DNA of 20,000 nt from an uncultured virus (IMG/VR IMGVR_UViG_3300032116_000170) (IMGVR_UViG_3300032116_000170), one strand, 5' to 3'; numbered from the stretch's first letter, positions 1 to 7,821 are shown. Program-made: numbers and translations. Notes: generated by a model not told the origin, from the sequence alone.

Positions 1-1058
1 GTATCGGAATAGACTGCTCCACACGCAATTTGCAGCAGCTTGTTGAGCTTGGCCGCAGCGTTGACCGCAGTGACTTCTTCCCCGGCAGCTTGCATGGCCA
101 TGACCTTGCGCAGCTTCTCGTAGTACTTGATCTGCTGCGTGGTCAGGGGCACCTCACGCTCGGTGTACAGCAGGTCGGGCAGGTCAAGGCATTGGTCCTT
201 GGTAAACCGGATGGCGGGCTGCAGCAGCGAGCTGACCACTTGCTGGGCTTCCTTCTTCGGGGTCCATTTGAACTGCGTGATCTTGGTCATCACCTGATCC
301 CGGTACAGCGTGAAGCTGCGTGGTGCGGCTGATGGGTTGAGCAGTTTGGCCAGACCGTAGGCATCCAGAGGGGATTGCGAAGCGGGGGTGCCTGTCAGCA
401 TCCACAGCCACGTGCTGGGCTTGATGATCTTGTTGAGCGACTTCCACCGTGCGGTGGATGCGGTCTTGTATGCGTTGCATTCGTCGATGACGATCAGGTC
501 AAAGTTGGCAGCGGCAATCTGCTCTTCCACAATGTTCACGCCGTCGAAGTTGATGATCACGAACTCAGCATCTGACTCGATGACCTTGATGCGCTTTTCC
601 TTGCTGCCGTAGGCCACGCCCACCTTGCGGTGCATCGCGGCTTTGAAGATGTCAGCTTGCCATGCGGACTGCATGATGGACAGGGGGCAGATGACCAGCA
701 CCCGTTTGATTTGCTTGATGTCCATCAAGTAATCTGCGGCCCATGTGACAGACATGGTCTTGCCAGTGCCGGGATCGTTGAAGCAAAACGCCCTGCGGTG
801 CAGGGTCAAGAAGGCAGAGGTCTGCTTCTGATGCACGAACGGGTCGTATATACCGGGCCAGCCGTATTTGGCAACGATGGGGGATGGTACGTTTTTGATT
901 TTCAGGTTCTTCAAAACCTGCGCTTCTTCCAGCCCCCAGTGAACCATCACTGTACTGAGCGGGCCGTCTTCAATCAATGCGCTTTTGGGGATAACGCTCA
1001 AGACCTTGTGCGGGTTCTTGAGGCGTAGCTTCAGGGCCTTGCCTTGAATGATTTCCAT
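1..1058 (-). CDS. SNF2-family (SF2) helicase, 3' end truncated by window edge
   Basis: Missing from the ORF track; translated by hand from ATG at 1058 (RBS GGAGAAC 1061-1067): MEIIQGKALKLRLKNPHKV... Motif I FNDPGTGKT, Ia VICPLSI, II IVIDECN, III MLTGTP. Frame is open to the window edge. Confidence 0.93.
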   Translation of the reverse strand, partial: MEIIQGKALKLRLKNPHKVLSVIPKSALIEDGPLSTVMVHWGLEEAQVLKNLKIKNVPSPIVAKYGWPGIYDPFVHQKQTSAFLTLHRRAFCFNDPGTGKTMSVTWAADYLMDIKQIKRVLVICPLSIMQSAWQADIFKAAMHRKVGVAYGSKEKRIKVIESDAEFVIINFDGVNIVEEQIAAANFDLIVIDECNAYKTASTARWKSLNKIIKPSTWLWMLTGTPASQSPLDAYGLAKLLNPSAAPRSFTLYRDQVMTKITQFKWTPKKEAQQVVSSLLQPAIRFTKDQCLDLPDLLYTEREVPLTTQQIKYYEKLRKVMAMQAAGEEVTAVNAAAKLNKLLQIACGAVYSD

Positions 1059-1079
1059 GTGTTCTCCAATGCAGAATAT

Positions 1080-1239
1080 CCCGAAAGTGGAATCCACGTT
1101 CGGGTCTGGGGCTGGCACCTTACGGGTGCCATTCGGTTGAATCAACCCCCACGAAAGGACTGGGGTCTTCAACTGGTATGGTTTAAGGGTTCAAATCTTG
1201 AAACACCCCCGCAGCCCCACTCATACCTGACGAGCTGCG
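1080..1239 (-). ncRNA. Candidate structured RNA or cis-regulatory element (5 helices plus pseudoknot) upstream of the SNF2 gene
   Basis: Nearly the whole 190-nt intergenic gap folds into stems. G-U pairs extend the stems on the minus strand only. Pairings are listed in the findings. Confidence 0.6.
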
Positions 1240-1249
1240 TATTCCAAGG

Positions 1250-1528
1250 CTACTTGGGTTTGTTCTTCTTTACGGTGTGGTCACTGTTGCGACTGAACGA
1301 CCGGTTTGCTGAAGCTGTCTTGAGCTGCAGGTTGTTTTTACTGGTGCTGCCACCTTTAGATAGTGGGCGCTTATGGTCAATATCCTTGCCCTTGCGGTCA
1401 ATACCTTCTCGGTCATACAGGTCACGTGCGTTTTCTCTTTTGCGTCTTGCATCTGCTTCACCCTCTCCTCGCGCCAGCTGCTGCTGGTATTCTTTTTTGT
1501 ATGGTCTTGGTTTGTTCACGTATGGCAT
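1250..1528 (-). CDS. Small HNH endonuclease
   Basis: MPYVNKPRPY...DIDHKRPLSKGGSTSKNNLQLKTASANRS: HNH motif DH..PLS.GG....NL......N. RBS GAAGGAAG upstream of ATG 1528. Confidence 0.8.
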   Translation of the reverse strand: MPYVNKPRPYKKEYQQQLARGEGEADARRKRENARDLYDREGIDRKGKDIDHKRPLSKGGSTSKNNLQLKTASANRSFSRNSDHTVKKNKPK

Positions 1529-1529
1529 A

Positions 1530-2201
1530 TCACTTCCTTCCACAATGGGTGCACGATGTCACCCAGCAGTATTGTTTGCACAGGCCGTTGGGTTTTGCAT
1601 TCCACACGCCTGAACTGTATGCACCTTCCAGCATGGTGATCGTGGGCATCCAGTTGCCCCAGTACCGATGCTGTTGTTGCGCTTCATACACTGTAGGGAC
1701 AAATTTACCCTCGGTCAAGAACAACAATCCACCCTTGACCACGGTGATCTTGGGGAAGATTTTGAACACCGTCAGCGCCATGAGTTCGAGCTGGCCAAGG
1801 TCTGCATACTTCGATTTGCCCAGCTTGTAGTCCACGACTCGGGCTTCGCCCTTTTCCTCGTTGACAATCAGCAAATCAGCCACCCCACGGAACCAGCATT
1901 CTTTGTCAAAGAAGTCGCACGGCTCCAAGGATTCGGTCAGGGCTACCTTGAACTCGCAGTACTTGTCACCGGGAATCTTGATGAGGCTGTCCAGTGCAGG
2001 CTTAATGAACGCGAACTTCTCAGGGATTGCTGTGCCATCCCGCACGTAAAACTCCGCAGCGGAGTGGACCTCTTTGCCGTACAGGGCGGCTTCACCTTCT
2101 GGCTCCTTGACGTCTTTGGCCACCTTGGCGTGGTAAAACTTCTTGGGGCAAGTCGTGAAGGTCTTCAGGCTGCTGAAGCTCCATGCTGGGATGGTGGGCA
2201 T
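1530..2201 (-). CDS. PD-(D/E)XK exonuclease, Cas4/RecB-like
   Basis: WSFSSLKTFTTCPKK at the N-terminus, G.EVH, CE, RGVADLL, VVDYKLGK, QL, and C-terminal CKQYCWVTSCTHC (the 1+3 Cys arrangement of Cas4/AddB Fe-S nucleases). RBS AGGAAC before ATG 2201. Confidence 0.88.
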   Translation of the reverse strand: MPTIPAWSFSSLKTFTTCPKKFYHAKVAKDVKEPEGEAALYGKEVHSAAEFYVRDGTAIPEKFAFIKPALDSLIKIPGDKYCEFKVALTESLEPCDFFDKECWFRGVADLLIVNEEKGEARVVDYKLGKSKYADLGQLELMALTVFKIFPKITVVKGGLLFLTEGKFVPTVYEAQQQHRYWGNWMPTITMLEGAYSSGVWNAKPNGLCKQYCWVTSCTHCGRK

Positions 2202-2209
2202 TTGGTTCC

Positions 2210-4126
2210 TTAGCAATCACCGTAACTGTCGCCCATGCCGCTTTCGCAGTTGACAGGCAATCCTTCCGCCCACGCAGGAACCCATCGCATGCAGGTTTCC
2301 ACGTAAGCCCGTGCTTCATCGGCTTCTTCCCGCCTCGCAACGATACCAATAGCATCATGCACGGTAAGGACAACCTTATACCGTTTGGCGATTTTCAGCA
2401 TTTGTTCACCGATGATACACCTCGCCACGGCCTGTGTGAAGTTCTCAACGACCTTTCCACCATAAATTTTGTTGGGTCCGGTGCGGGTTGTATATACAAA
2501 CTGCCGTTTGCCCTCGTTGTCGGCAACCTCGCGGATGCCGTTGTAGTAAATGTACAGGCCGTTGGGCAGGAGGATGCCCTTGTCGTCCACAGTGAGCAGG
2601 CCGTTGCGCCCCAGCTTCATGGTCTGGCCGCGCACCATGCACCTCAAGGCTTCTTGCGAGTCCCGCCAAAGCTGCGGGATGCTTGAATAGCGCGAACGAT
2701 AGACCGAAATAATGCGTGCACACTCCTCGGTGGACAAGTCAGTACCAAACGTCTTGAGCTGAGCTTGAAACTTCGGACCACCCATACCGTACCCTGCGCC
2801 GAGAATCGTAGTCTTACCCACGAATCTCTCCTCTTTTGTAATCTCTTCTTCAGCCTTGCCGTATATAGCCGCTGCCATGATTTTGTAAACATCTTCGCCC
2901 CTTGCAAAGGATTCCACCAAGTCATCCTGTTCAGACTCCCACGCCAGCGTGCGGGCTTCGATCTGCGAAGAGTCTGCGTCGATGAACACGTAGCCCTCGG
3001 GGGCGAGGATCGCCTTCTTGAGCTTGCCTGCGTTGGGGCCACGGCTTGGCAGGTTCTGCAGGTTCACAGAGTCCGACCCACCCCAGCGCCCAGTGTGGGC
3101 AGCGTAATACTTGAGCGGCACAGGGAACACCCCGTTGCGCCTGCCGATGTTGATGAACCGTTGGGTGCGGGTTTCCTCCAGCGTGGATTTAGTACCCAGA
3201 CGCGCAGCGCATAGCGCCTGTACACGCACGTCCTCATGCTGCGCTAGGGCTTTGAACGCCTCATCGCTCTTGGCAAACGCGTAGGTTTCCTTGCCCGTGG
3301 CCATGCTGATCTTCATCGGGATGGTCGGCACCACGCGCTTGCCTTCTTCATCGACCAGCGCTTCAAGGATGGCCGCGAACTTGGGGTTACTCATCAACTC
3401 CGTGCGGATGCCCGCACGGGTTTCTTCATCCCCGAGGATTTGCTGCAGTGCCAAGTCCTTACGACCGATCGCGCTCAGCGCATTGACCAGATGCCCTTGC
3501 TTTTGCGCAGCGGTGTCTTCAAGGTGCAGCTCCAACGCACGGTCATCCAGCCTGAGTACGGGTTCCACGTACATCTTCAGCGTCAGGTCGATCAGCTTGA
3601 GTTCAATCGGTGGGAAGCCCGCAGCCATCATCTTGTGGAAAATGGTGTGCGTCAGCTCCACGTCGTTTTTGCAGTACTCGCCGTATTCGCGCAACTGGGA
3701 GGGAGAGAACTGGTGGCGTCGTTTGCCCTTGGCATCCAGAACTTCGGTTCCTTTGACGCCTGCACCGTACCGCTCGGCCATCGCCTTGAGGGAACCCCCA
3801 GCTTCAACGCCATGCAGGGCGCGGCCCATCGACAGGGTGTCCAGCCAGCCTTTGGGTTTGACCCTGTACTTCCACGACAGGATGGCCCCATCGAACATGG
3901 TGTTGTGCGCCAGCACAAACGCGTCGTCCCACGGCAGGGTGTTCAATACGTTTTGTATGTGATCCTGCGAACCCGCCCTCCAAACCGCAGGCTCATTGTC
4001 GATCTTGTACGCAAAGCCAATAGCTTCAAAGCGGTCGTCGTTCACATACTCTTCGGTGCTGAGCTTGGTAAGACTGTAGTCCGTGTCGTAGAAGGTTTCA
4101 AAGTCGATGGTGATCAGTTTAGCCAC
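2210..4126 (-). CDS. polA: Family A DNA polymerase with 3'-5' exonuclease domain
   Basis: ExoI DFET, ExoII AHNTMFD, ExoIII YCKND, HTGRWGG, NLQNLP, motif A DSSQIEAR, motif B RFVGKTTILGAGYG, motif C VHDA. GTG start at 4126 is inferred. Confidence 0.96.
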   Translation of the reverse strand: MAKLITIDFETFYDTDYSLTKLSTEEYVNDDRFEAIGFAYKIDNEPAVWRAGSQDHIQNVLNTLPWDDAFVLAHNTMFDGAILSWKYRVKPKGWLDTLSMGRALHGVEAGGSLKAMAERYGAGVKGTEVLDAKGKRRHQFSPSQLREYGEYCKNDVELTHTIFHKMMAAGFPPIELKLIDLTLKMYVEPVLRLDDRALELHLEDTAAQKQGHLVNALSAIGRKDLALQQILGDEETRAGIRTELMSNPKFAAILEALVDEEGKRVVPTIPMKISMATGKETYAFAKSDEAFKALAQHEDVRVQALCAARLGTKSTLEETRTQRFINIGRRNGVFPVPLKYYAAHTGRWGGSDSVNLQNLPSRGPNAGKLKKAILAPEGYVFIDADSSQIEARTLAWESEQDDLVESFARGEDVYKIMAAAIYGKAEEEITKEERFVGKTTILGAGYGMGGPKFQAQLKTFGTDLSTEECARIISVYRSRYSSIPQLWRDSQEALRCMVRGQTMKLGRNGLLTVDDKGILLPNGLYIYYNGIREVADNEGKRQFVYTTRTGPNKIYGGKVVENFTQAVARCIIGEQMLKIAKRYKVVLTVHDAIGIVARREEADEARAYVETCMRWVPAWAEGLPVNCESGMGDSYGDC

Positions 4127-4646
4127 GCTTGAACCCCTGCATTCTGGCTTCGAGCGCATCTTCTATCTGCGACCGCAGTTGAGGGTTGGAGTTTACGGTG
4201 TTCATACCTGTGGCATTCCTATACGCTTCATCGAAGCTCGCGTTTAATTGCGCAGTAGCAGTTTGCATAAGTACCGATTTGGAGATCACACCCCCACTCA
4301 GTGCAGTGCCCGTTGCAGTGCTGTATTGTGCGCCGGGCATAGTATCCTTCCATCCCGATTTCGGTTCTTGACCTGCCAGTATGCTTTTGAGCATGCTCTT
4401 GTACTCGCGGTCTCGGTAAATTTCGCGGTACTTTGCAAGCATCAGGTCAACTTCAAACTGATCGTACGCCCACATAACATTGCGGTCGGGTACAGAACTG
4501 TTTCCGGTGTAAGCCCCAGCGTAACGCTCCAACGCTTCGCACAGTGCGTTCCACCGCCCATAGTGTTCAAACTCTTCAGGGTTGCTGTCCATACGCTGCA
4601 GCACCAACTTTACAAAATCACATGGCTCTCGTGTCATGTTGTCCAT
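4119..4646 (-). CDS. Hypothetical protein (175 aa)
   Basis: ORF fills the gap between VRR-NUC and polA, overlapping both; GGAAGG RBS. An alternative start at 4637 would give an ATGA overlap. Confidence 0.75.
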   Translation of the reverse strand: MDNMTREPCDFVKLVLQRMDSNPEEFEHYGRWNALCEALERYAGAYTGNSSVPDRNVMWAYDQFEVDLMLAKYREIYRDREYKSMLKSILAGQEPKSGWKDTMPGAQYSTATGTALSGGVISKSVLMQTATAQLNASFDEAYRNATGMNTVNSNPQLRSQIEDALEARMQGFKRG

Positions 4647-4930
4647 AGCAGTAGCCTTCCTTCCATTTCTTCCAAGTTGTCTTCACGGGCCACGAATGTG
4701 AACCCGCCCGAGTCTTTGATCAATTGCAGCTCACGCTCTTGCAGGGTAGTGGTCTTGCCCTTGCCAGCCTTGCATTCGATGGCGATGAACCGCCCGTTGT
4801 AGCAACCGATGATGTCGGGAATACCTGAGCGCCCAAGCCCCATGCCCGGAGGCATGAAGTGGTAGATGCCCAAGCGATCCAGCACCTTGCGAACCGCAGC
4901 TTTTACCGCCGCTTCTGGAGTTCTTGCCAT
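4634..4930 (-). CDS. VRR-NUC domain nuclease (putative Holliday junction resolvase)
   Basis: TPEAAVK...GRSGIPDIIGCYNGRFIAIECKAGKGKTTTLQ: PD...E.K plus Q motif typical of stand-alone phage VRR-NUC. Confidence 0.9.
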   Translation of the reverse strand: MARTPEAAVKAAVRKVLDRLGIYHFMPPGMGLGRSGIPDIIGCYNGRFIAIECKAGKGKTTTLQERELQLIKDSGGFTFVAREDNLEEMEGRLLLWTT

Positions 4931-5379
4931 ACTTGTCCTTTAATAAATGTGTTGTGTTGTTTCCACCGCCAGTGCGCCAGCGCTTTGCTTATGCCCACAT
5001 GCCGAGCACACTCCACAAGCGTGCCGGTAAACGTGCCGTCGGTGTAGAGCCGGGTGGTGCTCTTGTTTTTTTGCTGTTCGCTGCGCGTACTCCAGCAACA
5101 GTTGCCGGGGCTATAGCCCTTGTTGTTATTGCGTCGTTCAAGGGAGTGTTGGGGGCTTGGGCGCGGCCCAATATCGGCAATAAACGCGGCATAGTTGTGC
5201 CATCGTTTACAGACTTTAATACCCCGCGCGCCGTAGTAGTGGTACGCTTGGTTGCTCGGGTTGTTACACCGCGCCATCATTGACCGCCATACATAGTGTT
5301 CAGGGCGTTCTTTGCCCCCAAGATAGCCGCCGTGTTTAGTTCTTGCGGCAGCCCATGCAGCTTTTTGTTCAGGCGACAT
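4903..5379 (-). CDS. HNH homing-endonuclease-like protein
   Basis: KHG...YVWRSMMARC...YGARGIKVCKRW...FIADIGPRPSPQHSLERRNNNKGYSPGNCCWST..EQ..N, a common free-standing phage HNH family. RBS GGAGAAG. Confidence 0.85.
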   Translation of the reverse strand: MSPEQKAAWAAARTKHGGYLGGKERPEHYVWRSMMARCNNPSNQAYHYYGARGIKVCKRWHNYAAFIADIGPRPSPQHSLERRNNNKGYSPGNCCWSTRSEQQKNKSTTRLYTDGTFTGTLVECARHVGISKALAHWRWKQHNTFIKGQVWQELQKRR

Positions 5380-5419
5380 AAACTTCTCCGTTGTTCAGGA
5401 GTTATCACTTTACCATGTT

Positions 5420-5791
5420 TCAGGTGTTTGGGCCATTGCTCTCTCCTGCGGGTTCGTATGTCATTTCAAAGATGTCAGGCTTGCACGGGTAGTGCTCACC
5501 CTTCACGCCAGTGATGATCCAGTCGCCGGGACACACAATGTGATCGCCTTCCAGCGTGTCAATCCATCCGTGATGGTGCATGATGTCGCCGCAGTGTTTG
5601 CACCTCGTCATTCCAGCAACACCGGGGTCGCGGTAATAGCGCACCACCTTACCCTCTGAAAGAAAAGGCTCGAACTGGGTTGTAGAGTTTGGATCAGGAT
5701 GCACCATCTCGCAGGCATCCAACGGATGATCGCCGTTCTCAAACCACTGCGAGGCCTCGATGACTACGGGCTTCTTTTTGAACTTAGCCAC
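5420..5791 (-). CDS. Conserved phage protein (KKPVVIEA...TLEG...GDWII.G..GE.YPCKPDIF..TYE family)
   Basis: Recognisable widespread motif set; GTG start at 5791 with GGAGG RBS, overlapping the upstream stop. Confidence 0.8.
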   Translation of the reverse strand: MAKFKKKPVVIEASQWFENGDHPLDACEMVHPDPNSTTQFEPFLSEGKVVRYYRDPGVAGMTRCKHCGDIMHHHGWIDTLEGDHIVCPGDWIITGVKGEHYPCKPDIFEMTYEPAGESNGPNT

Positions 5792-6134
5792 GCTGCACCT
5801 CCGCGAGTTTGACTGCGTAGTGGCGTGCCTTGCCTGCGTCATCGCTGCCGTCCTTGCGACCAGCACGCAGGCTGTACTTGATGATGTTGCCTTTGAGGAA
5901 CCCTACGAACTCCTCGTGCGTCAGCACGGCTTCCATGATGTGCCAAGGCTGGATCGGCATGTCCTTGTAGTGGTTTCCGCTGACCTGCATGTCATCTGCT
6001 GAGGTGCCGTTGATGCCTTTGTTCAAGCGACTTGTCTTTATCATTTGCTGCAGCTCCTGCTCTTCTTCGGGGGTGAGGGTTGGTGGGAGGTCGGGGAACA
6101 GTTCCATCTGCGCGGAGTTTGGGATCGGTTTCAT
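5784..6134 (-). CDS. DUF3310 family protein (T7 gp1.7 nucleotide kinase / SaV-like)
   Basis: QVSGNHYKDMPIQPW...GFLKGNIIKYSLRAGRKDGSDDAGKARHY matches the DUF3310 signature. RBS AAGGAG before ATG 6134. Confidence 0.85.
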   Translation of the reverse strand: MKPIPNSAQMELFPDLPPTLTPEEEQELQQMIKTSRLNKGINGTSADDMQVSGNHYKDMPIQPWHIMEAVLTHEEFVGFLKGNIIKYSLRAGRKDGSDDAGKARHYAVKLAEVQRG

Positions 6135-6135
6135 T

Positions 6136-6387
6136 TCAGTTTCTCCTTCGTTTGGTTTCAGGTGGGGGGCAATTTTCTGGTGGCACAACTACGCACCATA
6201 TGGCGCTTGGTCTTCCTACGCCGCCAAACTTGGTCCAGCGGTCGATGTAGGCGTCAGGCATTGTGCACAGCAGCTTGCGGATGTTGCCCGGCTCTCGGTC
6301 GAGGTTGTTGGCTATTGTGCCTACGTCCATGCCGTCAGGGTTATCGCGCAGTAGCTTGCGGACGGCGTGCGTTGCAAAAGTTCTCAT
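6136..6387 (-). CDS. Small winged-HTH-like DNA-binding protein (paralog of 7045-7347)
   Basis: RKLLRDNPDGMDVGTIANNLDREPGNIRKLL, followed by MPDAYIDRW...W..V..P..CP.P, shared with 7045-7347. Confidence 0.7.
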   Translation of the reverse strand: MRTFATHAVRKLLRDNPDGMDVGTIANNLDREPGNIRKLLCTMPDAYIDRWTKFGGVGRPSAIWCVVVPPENCPPPETKRRRN

Positions 6388-6572
6388 TACAGCTCGTACT
6401 TGTTGGGGGATGGTTTGATATGTGGTTGCGCTCTCAGGAAGATGCCGAACATCTTGTAATCAGTACTCACTACCGCACCCTTGGCGCGGAAGACAGGGTC
6501 CTGCAAAAAGATGCTCGGTCTTGGATTGTGCCTCCAGTGGAAAGGCGATTCGGGGTGGCATTTACATTCCAT
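6387..6572 (-). CDS. Hypothetical protein (61 aa, MECKCHPESPFHW...)
   Basis: Coupled by overlaps at both ends; AGGAAAG upstream. Confidence 0.7.
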   Translation of the reverse strand: MECKCHPESPFHWRHNPRPSIFLQDPVFRAKGAVVSTDYKMFGIFLRAQPHIKPSPNKYEL

Positions 6573-6798
6573 TTTTTTCTTTCCTTTTCTGCACAAGATC
6601 GTGGAGCTTTTCTTCGAGCGGCGCATCCAGTCCGCCGCCCAGCCATGCGTCCCAAGTGCCCAAGCGGCGTTGGTTGATGGTCAGGTCGCCGTCGGGGCTG
6701 TCTTGAAGTAAGCGCCCCATCTCAGCGCAGCTTGCAGTGAAGCTCTTTGGTGCGTCTTGGTCGGGGCAGATCGTGAATGTATACGGCAGCTTAGCCAT
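6562..6798 (-). CDS. Hypothetical protein (78 aa)
   Basis: GGAGAAG RBS; overlaps both neighbours. Confidence 0.75.
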   Translation of the reverse strand: MAKLPYTFTICPDQDAPKSFTASCAEMGRLLQDSPDGDLTINQRRLGTWDAWLGGGLDAPLEEKLHDLVQKRKEKNGM

Positions 6799-7048
6799 GG
6801 TTCTTCTCCATCAAAGTTGTCATTGTGTCGATCACTACCGCGTATACGGCATCGCGTAGTTTTGAGTCAGTGATTGTCATGTTGCCGTCGATGATGGCGT
6901 CCATCTCTGCAAGGTCAAGCCCCACCCAAGGCTTGATGATTCTCCGCACATCTTCAGGTGTGGTTGTCCGGCAAGTTGCACTCACGGCCTCCATGCGTTG
7001 CTTGGCTTCACGCTCAATGCGGTTGAACTCGTCGTCTTCAGTGTTCAT
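6791..7048 (-). CDS. Hypothetical modular protein (MNTEDDEFNRIERE...WVGL...EKNHG)
   Basis: ATGA overlap at 7045-7048 and AAGGAG RBS. Shares the VGL and EKN.G modules with genes at 8426 and 9681. Confidence 0.75.
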   Translation of the reverse strand: MNTEDDEFNRIEREAKQRMEAVSATCRTTTPEDVRRIIKPWVGLDLAEMDAIIDGNMTITDSKLRDAVYAVVIDTMTTLMEKNHG

Positions 7049-7347
7049 ACTCTCGCTCCTTCGGTTATGACCCACTGGGTCTTTGGTTTCTTGTAGTGTG
7101 CGCCCCACTTGGTGCGGTCTCTGGGGTGAGGGCAGTCGTCTGGCACCGGTACAGCAACCCACACCTTCTCGAACTGCCCACGCTTGCCCATGCGCCAGCG
7201 GTCCACATACACATCGGGCATGGCTCTCAGGGATGTCCTCACGTTGGAGGGGTGAATCCCCGTGATTTCCGCTATCTCGATGGGCGTCAGGCCGCTTGGC
7301 TTTGAGCGTAGTAGCGTACGGATTTTCTTTTGGCGTACAGGGGTCAT
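7045..7347 (-). CDS. Small winged-HTH-like DNA-binding protein (paralog of 6136-6387)
   Basis: RTLLRSKPSGLTPIEIAEITGIHPSNVRTSLRAMPDVYVDRW: HTH pattern. AAGGAG RBS and ATGA overlap. Confidence 0.75.
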   Translation of the reverse strand: MTPVRQKKIRTLLRSKPSGLTPIEIAEITGIHPSNVRTSLRAMPDVYVDRWRMGKRGQFEKVWVAVPVPDDCPHPRDRTKWGAHYKKPKTQWVITEGARV

Positions 7348-7583
7348 GGGTACTCCTTGAGTGGTCGCTTGTTGGAACTGCTCATGTTGTCAAGGTTGTC
7401 GGGCTTTTCCTTGAAGTGATCGACTGCGATGCAGCCACGGGTGCGGCAGCCCTCATCCAAATCGGGCAGGTACTCGTCCAGCGCTTCGTACATCTTGTGC
7501 CTGAGCATGGATGGTGCCCCGTGGTACAGGACAGCCAAGTTGATCAGCGTATCCACCAGCGGTTTGGCTTGTTCGTATTTCAT
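7344..7583 (-). CDS. Hypothetical protein (79 aa)
   Basis: ATGA overlaps at both ends; GGGGAAG RBS. Confidence 0.75.
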   Translation of the reverse strand: MKYEQAKPLVDTLINLAVLYHGAPSMLRHKMYEALDEYLPDLDEGCRTRGCIAVDHFKEKPDNLDNMSSSNKRPLKEYP

Positions 7584-7735
7584 GCTTGCTTCCCCAAGAC
7601 AATCTTCTCCAGCACGGACATCGAGCGCTGAATATCATCGACCAAGTAGTCGGGCAGTCTGCTTTGTTGGCTGAATGCCCACGACTCCAGCGCGGACAGC
7701 AGTTTGATTGCTGCGAGGGCTTCTTCTTTGGTCAT
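7580..7735 (-). CDS. Hypothetical protein (51 aa, MTKEEALAAIKLLSALESW...)
   Basis: GGAG RBS; ATGA overlaps. Confidence 0.7.
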   Translation of the reverse strand: MTKEEALAAIKLLSALESWAFSQQSRLPDYLVDDIQRSMSVLEKIVLGKQA

Positions 7736-7821
7736 ATAAATCTCCACGCACCACAGCGGGTGCAACGGTATGCGGGTCGGTCTTGGTTGTCGCCGGGTTC
7801 CCAGCGGTGTTTACAGGTCAT
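7732..7821 (-). CDS. 29-aa zinc-finger micro-protein MTCKHRWEPGDNQDRPAYRCTRCGAWRFI
   Basis: Not in the ORF track. GGAGG RBS 9 nt upstream; CxHxW...CxxCG motif; stop forms an ATGA overlap with the next gene and fills the gap exactly. Confidence 0.7.
   Translation of the reverse strand: MTCKHRWEPGDNQDRPAYRCTRCGAWRFI

Noticed and set aside
1200..1239. Hammerhead-like core CTGACGAG (1227-1234) with GAAAC (1200-1204) on the plus strand
   Set aside because: Stem II cannot form (TCTT before GAAA does not pair with GCTG), stems I and III are absent, and the wobble pairs favour the opposite strand.
1170..1240. HDV-like or pistol ribozyme reading of the pseudoknot
   Set aside because: There is no room for P3/L3 between the pseudoknot strand and the P1 3' strand, and the element order does not match pistol. 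Left as unclassified.
1530..2201. Cas4-like nuclease as evidence of a CRISPR system
   Set aside because: Stand-alone Cas4-like exonucleases are routine in phage replication modules next to PolA and SNF2.
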